NCBI GenBank assembly: GCA_048939995.1
Contig: JBHLOY010000002.1
Location: 448,001-512,000, forward strand
DNA: 64,000 nucleotides
Direction: 5' to 3'
From: Promethearchaeota archaeon
GTDB lineage: Archaea > Asgardarchaeota > Lokiarchaeia > Sigyniarchaeales > SOKP01
How positions within the stretch are numbered: position 1 is the stretch's first letter; every line of letters starts with the position of its first letter. Shown here piece by piece: positions 38,791 to 49,560 of this stretch. The notes under the pieces are model-generated. The model was not told the origin of the DNA, did no database searches, and saw only the letters and a list, made by a program, of their open reading frames with translations. A program made the translations under genes and the position numbers.

Positions 38791-40245
38791 TTATTGTGGT
38801 TTTAATTCGGGATGCTCCTTTAATTCTGCTCTCATCTTTTCTAAAATTTCTCCATGTAATCCATAGGATTTGAAAAATAGGATGGATCCAATGAGCGCAA
38901 TAGAAGGAAATACAAACATTAAAAGTTTGATTCCAATCTCTCTTAAAACAGGATCAGCAACGATAGGTTCATACTTGCTCCATCCAGTACCGGAAAATAT
39001 GATATAGATGGTTGTAATTCCTAGTATCATCGAGAAGCGGTGAATAAATGCATTTACACCATAATAACTGCCAGCTCTTCTAACTCCAAATTTAAGGGCA
39101 TCTTGATCAATTATATCCCCATGAATTAAATCAATAAAATATAATACAGCAGATAATCCAAATCCTATTGTTGCAAAAACTACAAATGATAATGTCCTGC
39201 TTAATTCATTATCAGACAAAAGGATTAAGGGGAACAAAGTGATAATCCATATTCCCATCCCTATCATTAGTCCTTTACGTGTACCTAATTTCTTTCTAAT
39301 CCAAGATTGAAGCGGCATAAAAAAGGCAGCAAAAAGAAGCGCTAGCATCAAGGTAACTCCAATTAATAGATCTCCCTCACCCCTTTTCAGTACATGAACA
39401 GCGTAGAGAGGAAATACTGTTAATAATACGTTAAAACAATACCATATTAGCATATTTCCAAACGTGAATTTTAGAAATGTTTTATTGGAAAAAGTTATTC
39501 TTAATGATTTAAAGAATCCGGGTCTCTTTTCGAAATCAGTTCTCTGTTCTTCTTTTTCTTTCACACCTAAAAAGATGAATATTGTTGCCATAACTCCTAT
39601 TATTACACTTAGAAAAATGCCCGCAAAAATATACTCAAATTGAATTTTAGCGACTTGTTCTACATAGCCAATTGGAGAAGTTTCGGGATCGATTGTTGGA
39701 GCTAAAGGAGTAATAATAAAGGTAGGAATAAGTGAAGCTAATATAACAGCAAGCATTGTAAAACTTTTAATAAATACATTAACATCCCCTCTTTGCTTTT
39801 CAGTTGGAAACATTTCAGGGAATACTGCGTTTGTATTTACTGAAAACATCGTATAAAATAACTCAAATGTAAAGATAATTATTAAGAAATACCAGAACTC
39901 AAAACCAAACTCTGAGGAAATGAACGGATTTCTTGCAGTGACAGTAAAAAGAAAAATCATTATCAATGAGAGGGGGATAAATGAAATTATTAAATAAAAC
40001 TTCCTTTTTCCTAATTTACCTTTCTGTTTAGTTTTTTCGCTTAAAGCTCCAAGGAGAGGGTCGTTAAACATATTCCAGATACCCCAGAGAACGAAACCTA
40101 TCCACATTTCAAGCATACTAAGCCCTACGACAGCAAAGTAATAGGTAAACACGTAAATGGTAAATGCTTGATAAGTTATTTGATCTGGAAATGCATTCGT
40201 GCCAAATAGTATTCTTTCTTTTAAAGTTATTTTTCTTTCACTCAT
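38791..40245 (-). CDS. MFS transporter, GPH (Na+/melibiose-like) family
   Basis: WNMFNDPLLGALS, DIIDQD..RRAGSYYG, about 12 TM. Confidence 0.88.
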   Translation of the reverse strand: MSERKITLKERILFGTNAFPDQITYQAFTIYVFTYYFAVVGLSMLEMWIGFVLWGIWNMFNDPLLGALSEKTKQKGKLGKRKFYLIISFIPLSLIMIFLFTVTARNPFISSEFGFEFWYFLIIIFTFELFYTMFSVNTNAVFPEMFPTEKQRGDVNVFIKSFTMLAVILASLIPTFIITPLAPTIDPETSPIGYVEQVAKIQFEYIFAGIFLSVIIGVMATIFIFLGVKEKEEQRTDFEKRPGFFKSLRITFSNKTFLKFTFGNMLIWYCFNVLLTVFPLYAVHVLKRGEGDLLIGVTLMLALLFAAFFMPLQSWIRKKLGTRKGLMIGMGIWIITLFPLILLSDNELSRTLSFVVFATIGFGLSAVLYFIDLIHGDIIDQDALKFGVRRAGSYYGVNAFIHRFSMILGITTIYIIFSGTGWSKYEPIVADPVLREIGIKLLMFVFPSIALIGSILFFKSYGLHGEILEKMRAELKEHPELKPQ

Positions 40246-40427
40246 TTAATATCCCTTACTGATATTTATTTTTGCAATAAAAGATAATTAAATGTATTTA
40301 AATTTTGATCTTTTTAAAACTATAGTAAATCAAATGTAAGTTAAATTACATAAAATTCATTTAATTAGTATCATATTCTAATTTAATTGAAAATTACCCT
40401 ATTTATAATGAATAAGTTTGAGTTAAT

Positions 40428-41012
40428 ATGACAGATTTGAGTATTGAAGTTACTTATTTTGAAAAAGGTGGACCACAGAATACTGATAAGGCATTGGAAA
40501 TTGCAAAAAAATATGCTGATCAGTTTAATATAAAGGATATTGTTATAGCTAGCACAACTGGTACAACTGCTGAGAAATCATTAGATTATTTTAATCCAAA
40601 TAATTACAATATTATTGTTGTTACACATTCATATTATTTTGCAGGAGCGGATAAAAGACAGGAATTCCCAGAAGAGAAACTAATTTCACTAAATGGTAAA
40701 GGATTAAAATTTTTTATTGGAACCCATGGATTTGCCGGTCCAGAAAGGAGTATTCGAATCTCACTAAAACAATGGGGACCTGTTGAAATTATGGCAAAAT
40801 ATTTACGTACAGCATTTAGCCAAGGAGTAAAGGTCTGTATGGAAATGGCAACTATGGTTGTTGATGCAGGCTTACTTTCAGATATTGAAAAAGACATTAT
40901 TTGCGTAGGAGGTACAGGTCGTGGAGCAGATACAGTATGCCTTATTAAACCAATGCCCACAAGCCTGCTTCATCAACTACGAGTCAAGGCAATTTTAGCT
41001 AAACCGGTGTAA
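40428..41012 (+). CDS. Pyruvate kinase alpha/beta-domain protein (MTH1675-like)
   Basis: YFEKGGPQNT, ASTTGTTA, QGVKVCME, GGTGRGADT. Confidence 0.85.
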   Translation: MTDLSIEVTYFEKGGPQNTDKALEIAKKYADQFNIKDIVIASTTGTTAEKSLDYFNPNNYNIIVVTHSYYFAGADKRQEFPEEKLISLNGKGLKFFIGTHGFAGPERSIRISLKQWGPVEIMAKYLRTAFSQGVKVCMEMATMVVDAGLLSDIEKDIICVGGTGRGADTVCLIKPMPTSLLHQLRVKAILAKPV

Positions 41013-41178
41013 GTGTTCAATAAGTAAAAAGATAAAAATTATTCAATTTTTTTTCCATTGGAAAAACTAAATTTTAAATATAATACAAAAAAGAACGTTT
41101 CTATAATCGTATTTCCAAATACTTAGAGAAAAAACAAAGAGAAAAAAAATTTAATTAAAATTTATTGTTCTTTCGCGT

Positions 41179-41574
41179 TTAGCTTCTCTGTTTGATATAA
41201 GAGATAATAAAAAAAGCTACCATGATGCTTAATAAGATTAGATCGAGTATACTCTGAAATATAGTTCGAGCGTTAAATGTTGAGATATATAGACCTATTA
41301 TCGTTGCTTCGATGATTAATGTCGCTAAAAACATAGCAATAAAAAACATAAAGGTTAATGAAATCTGTTCCCATTCCTTTTTGCGCAACATTATGATTGC
41401 AAAAAGAGATCCAATAAAGCAAATTCCCCCAAAGAGTCTTGGATGTAAAGGATTTGTCCATCCCTCTGTATTTAATGTTAAATCCCATAAAAATACAAGC
41501 ATAAGCCCATAGAGAAAAGGAATAATCGCAACCACTATAAGTGCGATTTTTGTTAATTTTTTAACTTCGGTCAT
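41179..41574 (-). CDS. Hypothetical 4-TM membrane protein
   Basis: Four hydrophobic segments, PRLFGG. Confidence 0.6.
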   Translation of the reverse strand: MTEVKKLTKIALIVVAIIPFLYGLMLVFLWDLTLNTEGWTNPLHPRLFGGICFIGSLFAIIMLRKKEWEQISLTFMFFIAMFLATLIIEATIIGLYISTFNARTIFQSILDLILLSIMVAFFIISYIKQRS

Positions 41575-41717
41575 TTTTCTTATCAACCTACAATTAATTT
41601 TTATTGGAATTTCTTACCTTAATAAGAAATTAAAGTTCAATAAATTGAACGATTATAAAAGTTTTACTCTTTTGTAAAAATTTATTAAATCAAATAAAAA
41701 AGAAAAAAAGAAAGAAC

Positions 41718-42908
41718 CTATATAATATCTAATTTTTTTCCTACTTTTTCAATAGCACTTAAAGCCATTGTTAAATCGTCCTTAGTAAGTAAAGCATTCA
41801 TTTGTACTCTAATTCGAGATAATTCTCTTGCAACCATTGGGAAAACAATAGGTGTACCATATATATTTTCTTCATCAAATAGGATTCTTGCTAATTCTTG
41901 GGCTTTTCCAGGATCACCAATAATTAGCGGAATAATAGGAGTTTGGGAGTTACCAGTATCATATCCCATACTTTCAACTTCTTTTTTGAAGTAATCTGTG
42001 TGTTGCCATACCCTTTTTACATGTTCTGGTTCGCTTTCAACAACTTCAATAGATGCTTTATTCGCAGCTACTACTCCAGGAGGATGCGCTGTACTTAAAA
42101 GATATGTTCTACTTTTATTTGCACAAAATTCAATTAAATCCTTTGAGCCTGCCACAGTTCCACCAAAGACACCAAAACCTTTGCTCATTGAGCCTCCTTC
42201 AACATGAACCTTCCCTTGAAGCTTGAAATGTGCCACAATGCCTCTACCTTCCCCAAGCACTCCTTCTCCATGGCAATCATCAACAAAAATCATGGCTCCG
42301 AAATCCTCCGCAACTTTAACAATTCTATCTAATGGTGCCATGTCACCGTCCATACTAAAAACACCGTCAGTTATGATACAAATTCTCCTGGCTCCTTCTT
42401 TTTCTGCTTCCTTTAATTGTCTTTCTAAATCTGCTATATCACGATGTTTGTAAATAATTCTTTTAGCCCCTGATAGTCTTACTCCATCTATAATGGAACC
42501 ATGATTTAATTCATCTGAAACGACAATATCAGGTTTTCCAACTAACATGGGAATTAAACCCGAGTTTACAGCAAATCCAGTTTGACAAAGTAATGAAGCT
42601 TCTACTTCTTTAAATTCAGCAAATTTTTTTTCAAATTGTTTTGTCAAATCAAATGAACCTGCAATAACAGGGACAGCTCCCGCTCCAGCGCCGTACTTTT
42701 TTGTAGCTTCAATAGAAGCTTGGATGACTTTTGGATGTGTCGCTAAACCAAGGTAATTGTTAGTATTAAGCATTAGTACTTTTTTACCATCAACAGTAGA
42801 GTGTGGTTTCGAACCTTCTTCTAGATATCGAATGATCCATTCAAGATTGTTATTTCTTAATTCAGTCATATCCTCCTTAAGAAAAGCAACAGGATCTCTC
42901 TTCATCAT
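41718..42908 (-). CDS. kbl: Glycine C-acetyltransferase (2-amino-3-ketobutyrate CoA ligase)
   Basis: NNYLGLA, SDELNHGSIIDG, TDGVFSMDG, DDCHGEG, SK PLP lysine; divergent from tdh. Confidence 0.88.
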   Translation of the reverse strand: MMKRDPVAFLKEDMTELRNNNLEWIIRYLEEGSKPHSTVDGKKVLMLNTNNYLGLATHPKVIQASIEATKKYGAGAGAVPVIAGSFDLTKQFEKKFAEFKEVEASLLCQTGFAVNSGLIPMLVGKPDIVVSDELNHGSIIDGVRLSGAKRIIYKHRDIADLERQLKEAEKEGARRICIITDGVFSMDGDMAPLDRIVKVAEDFGAMIFVDDCHGEGVLGEGRGIVAHFKLQGKVHVEGGSMSKGFGVFGGTVAGSKDLIEFCANKSRTYLLSTAHPPGVVAANKASIEVVESEPEHVKRVWQHTDYFKKEVESMGYDTGNSQTPIIPLIIGDPGKAQELARILFDEENIYGTPIVFPMVARELSRIRVQMNALLTKDDLTMALSAIEKVGKKLDII

Positions 42909-43089
42909 AACACCTTAAATTTTTTTGAAAATAGTGAGTTAAATTATAATTTATGTGTATTATGAAAAGTATTTTAGTTTTACTTATCCTATAATTATGG
43001 ATTAATGTTAGAATTTTATGAATAAACCTTTTTTTATGGAGTAAATTATGAATTATACTAATAATTTTTCATTTTAAAATCTGATAAAA

Positions 43090-44034
43090 ATGAGAAGAAT
43101 TCTAGTGATAGGAGCTGCTGGTCAAATCGGAAGTGAATTAGTACCATTTCTAAGAGAAAAATATGGTAATGATAATGTAGTTGCTACCGGAAGAAAAACT
43201 CCACTTCCAGATGAAATTAGAGAATCTGGTCCTGTTATTTACCTAGATGCCTTAGAACGTAATAATCTTTCACGAGTCTTCTATGAGTATGAAATAGACA
43301 CGATCTATCATTTGGCCTCAATTCTATCTGCTACTGGAGAGAAAATGCCTCAAACTGCTTGGGATATAAACATGAACGGATTAATTAATGTACTCGAAGC
43401 TGGCAGAAGATATAAAGTTAAGAATGTAATTTGGCCAAGTTCAATTGCTGCTTTTGGACCTACTACTCCAAGAGATAATACTCCTAACATTACAATATTA
43501 CAACCTACAACGATGTATGGTATTACTAAAGTCGCCGGAGAACTCTTAGCAGAATACTATTATAAAAAATATAAACTTGATGTTCGCTCAATGAGGCTCC
43601 CTGGAATAATAAGTAGCGAAACACTCCCTGGAGGAGGTACTACGGATTATGCTGTTGAGATCTTTTATGAAGCAATCAAGAATAAGCAATATACTTGTTT
43701 TCTTAAAGAAGAAACTGTTTTACCTATGATGTATATGCCCGACTGTCTTAAATGTATGATCGATATATTAGAAGCAAATAATTCAAAATTGAAGCGTAGA
43801 GTTTATAATATTACAGGCATGAGTTTTTCTGCGGGAGAGATTGCTGCCGAGATTAAAAAACATATTCCTGACTTTCAAATCGATTATAATCCAGATTTCA
43901 GACAAGAAATTGCAGATTCATGGCCAAAATCGATTGATGACTCTTTAGCTCGAGAAGAATGGAATTGGAATCCATCCTATGATCTAGCTTCTATGACAAA
44001 GGATATGATTGATATCTTAAGTAAACGGCTTTAA
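43090..44034 (+). CDS. tdh: L-threonine 3-dehydrogenase, SDR/epimerase type
   Basis: GAAGQIG, LSATGE, YGITK, PGGGTTDYAV, RQEIADSWP. Confidence 0.9.
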   Translation: MRRILVIGAAGQIGSELVPFLREKYGNDNVVATGRKTPLPDEIRESGPVIYLDALERNNLSRVFYEYEIDTIYHLASILSATGEKMPQTAWDINMNGLINVLEAGRRYKVKNVIWPSSIAAFGPTTPRDNTPNITILQPTTMYGITKVAGELLAEYYYKKYKLDVRSMRLPGIISSETLPGGGTTDYAVEIFYEAIKNKQYTCFLKEETVLPMMYMPDCLKCMIDILEANNSKLKRRVYNITGMSFSAGEIAAEIKKHIPDFQIDYNPDFRQEIADSWPKSIDDSLAREEWNWNPSYDLASMTKDMIDILSKRL

Positions 44035-44103
44035 TAATTTTTTTTGCTTCTATTTTATTTTATAAAATATATAAAATGTTAGATGTATAATACATTGATA
44101 TAA

Positions 44104-44931
44104 ATGAATCAAGAAACTAAGGACTTACCAATTGTAAGTGTAGATTATTGGACATATTTTGCTAATGAATTAGTAAAATTAGCGACTTTAAAATTTAAAG
44201 GTAAGATACTTGATGTAGGCACAGGAAGTGGTGCTTGTTTAATTGCAGTTGTAGATAAATTAGGTGAAAATTGTCATTTAGTTGGTATTGATAAAAACGA
44301 AGCTAAGATATCCCAAGCAAGAAACACTTTTAAAAATATTTTTGTAGGAAGTGCTCAATTCAGAACTATGGAGGCATCCAATTTAAAATTCAACGATAAT
44401 AGTTTTGACAATATTTTATGTGGTTTTATAGGTTTTAGTGATTCTTATGATTTTAAAAATAACCAATTTATTGGTAAGAATGCAAAAATGAAAGAGATTT
44501 TTAGAGTCTTAAAATCAGGAGGAGAAGCTGCTTTTAGTACATGGGAATACCAACAAGATATTGAAGTTGCAAGAGGGTTGTTACAAAAATATCTCAGACA
44601 TAAAAATATGAAAAAAAATAATGATATTGAAAATTTATCTATCAGTTATAGCAAAGAATCAGTTGATGGCTTTAAATTAATTATGAAAGATGCTGGGTTC
44701 AACAATATCAAGATTTTCTCTAAAAATTATAATATAGTTTATAAATCTGTTGATGAATGGTGGGATGTAATGAAATTTGCCGCTTGGATAATGAGATATA
44801 CCTTAAATCACGATCCTGATAAGCTCAATGATCTTAAAGAAACTTGTCTACCTCAGGGAATTAGAGCTTTTAAAAAAGATGAAGGATACGCCTTTCAAAA
44901 ATCTGTGATTTTTGCATATGGAGCGAAATAA
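44104..44931 (+). CDS. Class I SAM-dependent methyltransferase
   Basis: ILDVGTGSG, FDNI, RVLKSGG. Confidence 0.85.
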   Translation: MNQETKDLPIVSVDYWTYFANELVKLATLKFKGKILDVGTGSGACLIAVVDKLGENCHLVGIDKNEAKISQARNTFKNIFVGSAQFRTMEASNLKFNDNSFDNILCGFIGFSDSYDFKNNQFIGKNAKMKEIFRVLKSGGEAAFSTWEYQQDIEVARGLLQKYLRHKNMKKNNDIENLSISYSKESVDGFKLIMKDAGFNNIKIFSKNYNIVYKSVDEWWDVMKFAAWIMRYTLNHDPDKLNDLKETCLPQGIRAFKKDEGYAFQKSVIFAYGAK

Positions 44932-45002
44932 AGCTAACTTAAAAAATAAGTCTAAAAGATTATAATTTAATAAATTATCTTAACTGGGTAAAATTTATTT
45001 AG

Positions 45003-45128
45003 AATGAAATTGAAGTAGATTTATCTTTAATACTAATGGCAAATTCTCGAGTTTCTTATAAAGAATTAGCAGATACTTTTAATATGAGTATCAATTCCAT
45101 TCATAAATGTGTTAAAATTTCATATTAA
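45003..45128 (+). pseudogene. Lrp/AsnC-family HTH gene remnant
   Basis: Manual translation NEIEVDLSLILMANSRVSYKELADTFNMSINSIHKCVKISY*; TAG sits where the start would be; truncated after the HTH. Confidence 0.65.
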
Positions 45129-45166
45129 ATAATAAAAGAATTAAATTAAAGGATTTGAAATTAAAA

Positions 45167-45964
45167 ATGGAAGTTAAAGAAAAAAGTCAATCAAAACTTG
45201 AAGATAAATTAGATCCTAATAATGACTATGTGATTATTATTAAAGACCTAGTAAAAAAGTACGAGGATGTTGTTGCTGTTAATGGTTTGAACCTTAAGAT
45301 TAAAAGAGGAGAATTATTTAGTCTTCTAGGTCCAAATGGAGCAGGAAAAACTACTACTATAAATATTTTGAATACTCTAATAAAACCAACAGAAGGTTCG
45401 GCACTCGTAGGAGGGTATGATATTGGGAAAGATTCGAATAATATTAAAGAGATGATTGGTGTTTGTCCTCAAGAAGCTGCTATTTATAAGTTCCTTACAG
45501 GTAAGGAGAATCTTGAGTTATTCGGTTACCTCCAAGGAATGCCTAAAAGTTTGATAAAAGAGAGATCTGATCATTTGCTAAAACTTTTGGATTTTGTTGA
45601 TGCAAGTAAAAGAAAAGTAAAAGGATATAGTGGTGGTATGCTCCGTCAGTTGAATATGTTAATTGCCTTGCTTCATGATCCTGAAGTAGCCTTTCTTGAT
45701 GAACCAACTGTAGGAATGGATCCAAGAGCTCGAAGAAAGGTTTGGGAATTTATTGCTAATCTTAAAAATCAGAATAAAACGATTATTTTAACAACCCATT
45801 ATATGGAAGAAGCTGAAGCACTAAGTGATAGAGTAGGGATTATCGACTATGGTGAACTAATAGCGCTCGGGACACCCAAAGAATTACTAAAAAAATATGA
45901 ATCTAAGAATCTAGAAGAAGTTTTTCTAGAAATAACTGGAAGAAGAATCTTGGAGGGAATCTAA
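45167..45964 (+). CDS. ABC transporter ATP-binding protein (drug-exporter type)
   Basis: GPNGAGKT, YSGGM, FLDEPT, THYMEEA. Confidence 0.95.
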   Translation: MEVKEKSQSKLEDKLDPNNDYVIIIKDLVKKYEDVVAVNGLNLKIKRGELFSLLGPNGAGKTTTINILNTLIKPTEGSALVGGYDIGKDSNNIKEMIGVCPQEAAIYKFLTGKENLELFGYLQGMPKSLIKERSDHLLKLLDFVDASKRKVKGYSGGMLRQLNMLIALLHDPEVAFLDEPTVGMDPRARRKVWEFIANLKNQNKTIILTTHYMEEAEALSDRVGIIDYGELIALGTPKELLKKYESKNLEEVFLEITGRRILEGI

Positions 45965-45966
45965 AA

Positions 45967-46719
45967 ATGAATATGGATAGAGTTTTAGCCTTAGTAAAAA
46001 TGCAACTAAAGAAAATCATCAGGGAACCAGCTTACTTATTTTTAATGATCCTATTTCCTGCTGCCTTAACATTTGTTTTCGGATTAGCTTTTGGTTTCAT
46101 TGAGTCTGGAATTCCTGGAGAAACTCAATTTGACGTCATGGCTCCCGGATTATTTGCCTATGCGTGTATATTTATAATTATGATTGTTGCCCAATCTTTC
46201 GCTGATGATCGTGAGCAAGGATTACTTAAAAGGATAAATGTCACCCCTACTAGCCCTACAGAATTTATGGGAAGCTATATTATCTCAAATACTCTACTTT
46301 CCATTATACAAGTACTTATTGTAACAGGTTGTGCACTTATTATAGGTTTTCGACCTATAGGGGGGGTTGGAGGTTTCTCATTTGCATTCATTTACATAAT
46401 GTTACTTTCAATATGTTCTGTTGGATTTGGTCTCATTACTGCAACAGTTTCCAAAAGCTCTGGAACTGCTACTGGCTTGTCATTCATCTTTATACTGCCG
46501 CAAATGTTTTTTGGTACGTTTGTCCCATTAAATGACGCAACAAGAATTATTGCTTTATTTTTGCCGAGTTATTATGCAACTGATGCATTAACGATATTGT
46601 TTCGCGGAGGATCAATATTGAACTTAACTATTTGGATAGAACTAGGAATATTATCATTAATGGCTATTGGCATTATTATCCTTGGAATCCTTTTATTCAA
46701 AAAATATGGGAAAATTTAA
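45967..46719 (+). CDS. ABC-2 type transporter permease
   Basis: About 6 TM, DREQGLLKRI; directly follows the ATPase. Confidence 0.9.
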   Translation: MNMDRVLALVKMQLKKIIREPAYLFLMILFPAALTFVFGLAFGFIESGIPGETQFDVMAPGLFAYACIFIIMIVAQSFADDREQGLLKRINVTPTSPTEFMGSYIISNTLLSIIQVLIVTGCALIIGFRPIGGVGGFSFAFIYIMLLSICSVGFGLITATVSKSSGTATGLSFIFILPQMFFGTFVPLNDATRIIALFLPSYYATDALTILFRGGSILNLTIWIELGILSLMAIGIIILGILLFKKYGKI

Positions 46720-46790
46720 AATTTAATTAACTTTTTTATCAATTTTTTATTTCTTTTTAATAATAATTTCTTAACTTAAATGTGATTTAA

Positions 46791-47564
46791 ATGAAAGTCG
46801 TATTTCATGAAAGATATTATAATTCTAGTTATGCAATGGATCCAGCTGCATCACCAGGAAGGCTTGAAGGCATCATAAGTTTAATGAAAAATAACCCTGA
46901 ATATGTATTTATAAAACCAGAGCCTGCAACAGAAGAAGATATTCTTAGAGCTCATACTGAAAGACATCTAAGGTATATTAAACGAGAACCATTATTATTC
47001 GAATTATCATCATTAGCTGCAGGAGGAGCTATTTTAGCTGCCGAAGAAGGATATAAAGGGAACCCAACTTTTGCTGTTATACGCCCCCCAGGGCATCATG
47101 CATCAGCTGATTCTTGTTGGGGGTTTTGTTATTTCAATAACATTAGTATAAGCCTTTTAAGACTATATTCAGAAGGAAAAATAAAATCTGCGTTCGTACT
47201 TGATTTTGATCTTCATACGGGTGATGGAAATATTAATATTTTGAAAAACAGAGATGATGATTTCCGAGTTAAAATACTCAATCCATATTCTAATAGCCCT
47301 ACAAGTTATATTAAAGAGGTTGAGAAATATATGCAACAACTGAGAGATATAGATATCTTTGTAGCGAGTGCAGGTTTTGACCAAGGAATTGAAGATTGGG
47401 GGCATCTTTTATATCCAGAAGATTACGTTGAATTAGGTAGATTGATGAAGGAATATTCAAAAAAGCTATGCAAAGGAAAAAGATTTGCTCTTCTGGAAGG
47501 AGGCTATAACCATGATGTTTTACCAAAAAATGTGGATTCTTTTTGCCAAGGTTTTAAAGAATAA
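46791..47564 (+). CDS. Histone deacetylase family protein
   Basis: RPPGHHA, GFCYFNN, DFDLHTGDG, SAGFD, LEGGY. Confidence 0.92.
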   Translation: MKVVFHERYYNSSYAMDPAASPGRLEGIISLMKNNPEYVFIKPEPATEEDILRAHTERHLRYIKREPLLFELSSLAAGGAILAAEEGYKGNPTFAVIRPPGHHASADSCWGFCYFNNISISLLRLYSEGKIKSAFVLDFDLHTGDGNINILKNRDDDFRVKILNPYSNSPTSYIKEVEKYMQQLRDIDIFVASAGFDQGIEDWGHLLYPEDYVELGRLMKEYSKKLCKGKRFALLEGGYNHDVLPKNVDSFCQGFKE

Positions 47565-47568
47565 AAAT

Positions 47569-48891
47569 TTAATTTATTTGATAAAAATTATCTTCAAATT
47601 CTGGTTTCCCTTTATATTTATTTAAGAATATCAATGGAGCTTTTTCGATGTTTTTGAAAATATAAGATGGGGCTCTTATTCCTGCTTTCTTTAGAGCTTC
47701 TTTTATATCATCAACTTCCGGAGGGCATCCTTTAATCGGAATGCATTCTTTGATGTCTGGGTGGTCTTTATTCTTATTATACTGGCATTGTCCAAGTAAA
47801 ATTGTCTTATTCATTCCAGGTGTGGGTTCTACTATTTTTCCTGTTAAAATTTCAATATTATCGAAGTCTTCGCCTTTCCATGCTTCTTTAATCGCAATTA
47901 AAATAACTCCATTATAAAAGCTACAAAAAGTGCACATCGTTTCGTCATATTTGGGGTAACTTATTCCTCCTATTCCTGCTCTTGCATAGGAAAGTGGCAA
48001 AGTATCATTTTTTTCATAAATAAATTCCCACTCATGATGTTTTGCTAACTCTTCTATAGATTCACCTTTTATTTCAATGTTAGATAGATCCACTGATCGG
48101 TTTCTATCTTTAGCTGCTTGTACTAAATGGGGAACATCTTGGGGATTAATACCTAATAATTTTGCTCCAACCATATCAGCAGAAAGGATATCAGTTGAGG
48201 CCAATAAGATATCACTTCGATGAGCTTTGCCATCAAAAGTTGGTCCTCTTTCAAGGGTATAAATTCCATCAATAATAGTAAGACTTGGAGGAATCTTATT
48301 AGCCAATTGAGCTACGTTATAATGCAAGTTAAACTTAGGATCCGCACCGTGAAATTTCTTACGTGATGCTATATTAATAAGACCTTTTAAATTCTTTATT
48401 CCTAAGCTTACAACACACTGAGCATGAGTTTTTAGAACAGGAATGTCAATTAAGAAATCTGAATGAAGCATATCAGAATTCATCTTAACAGAAACGCCTT
48501 CTCGTAATTCAATTCTCTCAAATGGACGCTCAAAAGTATCATATAGTTTGACTCCATATCTCTCCTTAAGAAGATTATATCCCAACTTTTCAAAAGCATC
48601 TTTTGGTGTTTCTCTATCATCAGGATCGTCTGTGATTATACCATCCCCAATTGCAATATCCTTTACACCTCGTTGGTTTAATAATTTTACAACATCTTCC
48701 ACTACTCTTGAAGTAGTCAGCATCCCCCATTTCGGAAAATCACAATGTCTATTCCAATATACTAAATTAGGCTTGATAAATATCTTTCCATCGATCGGTA
48801 AGTTTTTGAACCCATCCACAAGTTCTATAACCTTACGTACTGAATCTAAAGGTTTTTCATATTTTACAATTGAAACAGTTGTTCTACTCAA
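47569..48891 (-). CDS. DUF362 domain Fe-S protein
   Basis: IKPN, PVLKTH, SLGIKNLKG, CTFC, GCPP. Confidence 0.8.
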   Translation of the reverse strand: MSRTTVSIVKYEKPLDSVRKVIELVDGFKNLPIDGKIFIKPNLVYWNRHCDFPKWGMLTTSRVVEDVVKLLNQRGVKDIAIGDGIITDDPDDRETPKDAFEKLGYNLLKERYGVKLYDTFERPFERIELREGVSVKMNSDMLHSDFLIDIPVLKTHAQCVVSLGIKNLKGLINIASRKKFHGADPKFNLHYNVAQLANKIPPSLTIIDGIYTLERGPTFDGKAHRSDILLASTDILSADMVGAKLLGINPQDVPHLVQAAKDRNRSVDLSNIEIKGESIEELAKHHEWEFIYEKNDTLPLSYARAGIGGISYPKYDETMCTFCSFYNGVILIAIKEAWKGEDFDNIEILTGKIVEPTPGMNKTILLGQCQYNKNKDHPDIKECIPIKGCPPEVDDIKEALKKAGIRAPSYIFKNIEKAPLIFLNKYKGKPEFEDNFYQIN

Positions 48892-48984
48892 AATGAATAC
48901 CTCAAATTACTAATTATTTATACATAGTGATTTGAATATTAAACACATTAAAAATTAAATTGTTCTAAATAAAATTTAATTTAT

Positions 48985-49515
48985 CTAAATTGAATCTTTC
49001 CATTCTTCTTTCAACATACTCATAAGGATATCATCATGAAATTTACCATTCTTAAAAGTTGCTTGCCGTTTTCTTCCTTCTTCGATAAATCCAACTTTCT
49101 TATAGCATTTAATAGCACGTGTATTAAAATCATATACTTTTAGATCTATCCGGTTAAGATTCAATGTATTAAAGCCATAATCTACTAACAATCGTAATGC
49201 TTCAGGTCCATAACCTTTTCCTTGGTTTTCTTTATCACCAATAAATATACCACAAGTGCCAACTCTGTTTATCCAGTGTATATCATCGATGCCACAATTA
49301 CCTATCAACTTTTCTCCATCTTTTAATAGAATGGAGAAAATTATTGCGTTATCTCGCTTTTTGAGATTATTAAACCATTCTTCCTCCATATCTCGTGTAA
49401 GAGGGCGATATCCTATTAAATATTGAGTGAGTTCAGGATCGTTTAACCATTCAAGAAAGTTTTCAATATATTCTCTCCTAAGAGGGGCTAATTTTATTCT
49501 TTCACCTTCAAGCAT
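48985..49515 (-). CDS. GNAT acetyltransferase, RimJ/RimL family
   Basis: QGKGYG, LNLNRI, NTRAIKCYKKVGF. Confidence 0.9.
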   Translation of the reverse strand: MLEGERIKLAPLRREYIENFLEWLNDPELTQYLIGYRPLTRDMEEEWFNNLKKRDNAIIFSILLKDGEKLIGNCGIDDIHWINRVGTCGIFIGDKENQGKGYGPEALRLLVDYGFNTLNLNRIDLKVYDFNTRAIKCYKKVGFIEEGRKRQATFKNGKFHDDILMSMLKEEWKDSI

Positions 49516-49560
49516 AGATAATAGTATCTAATAAAAAAAATAAATCTTCTTCATTATTGG

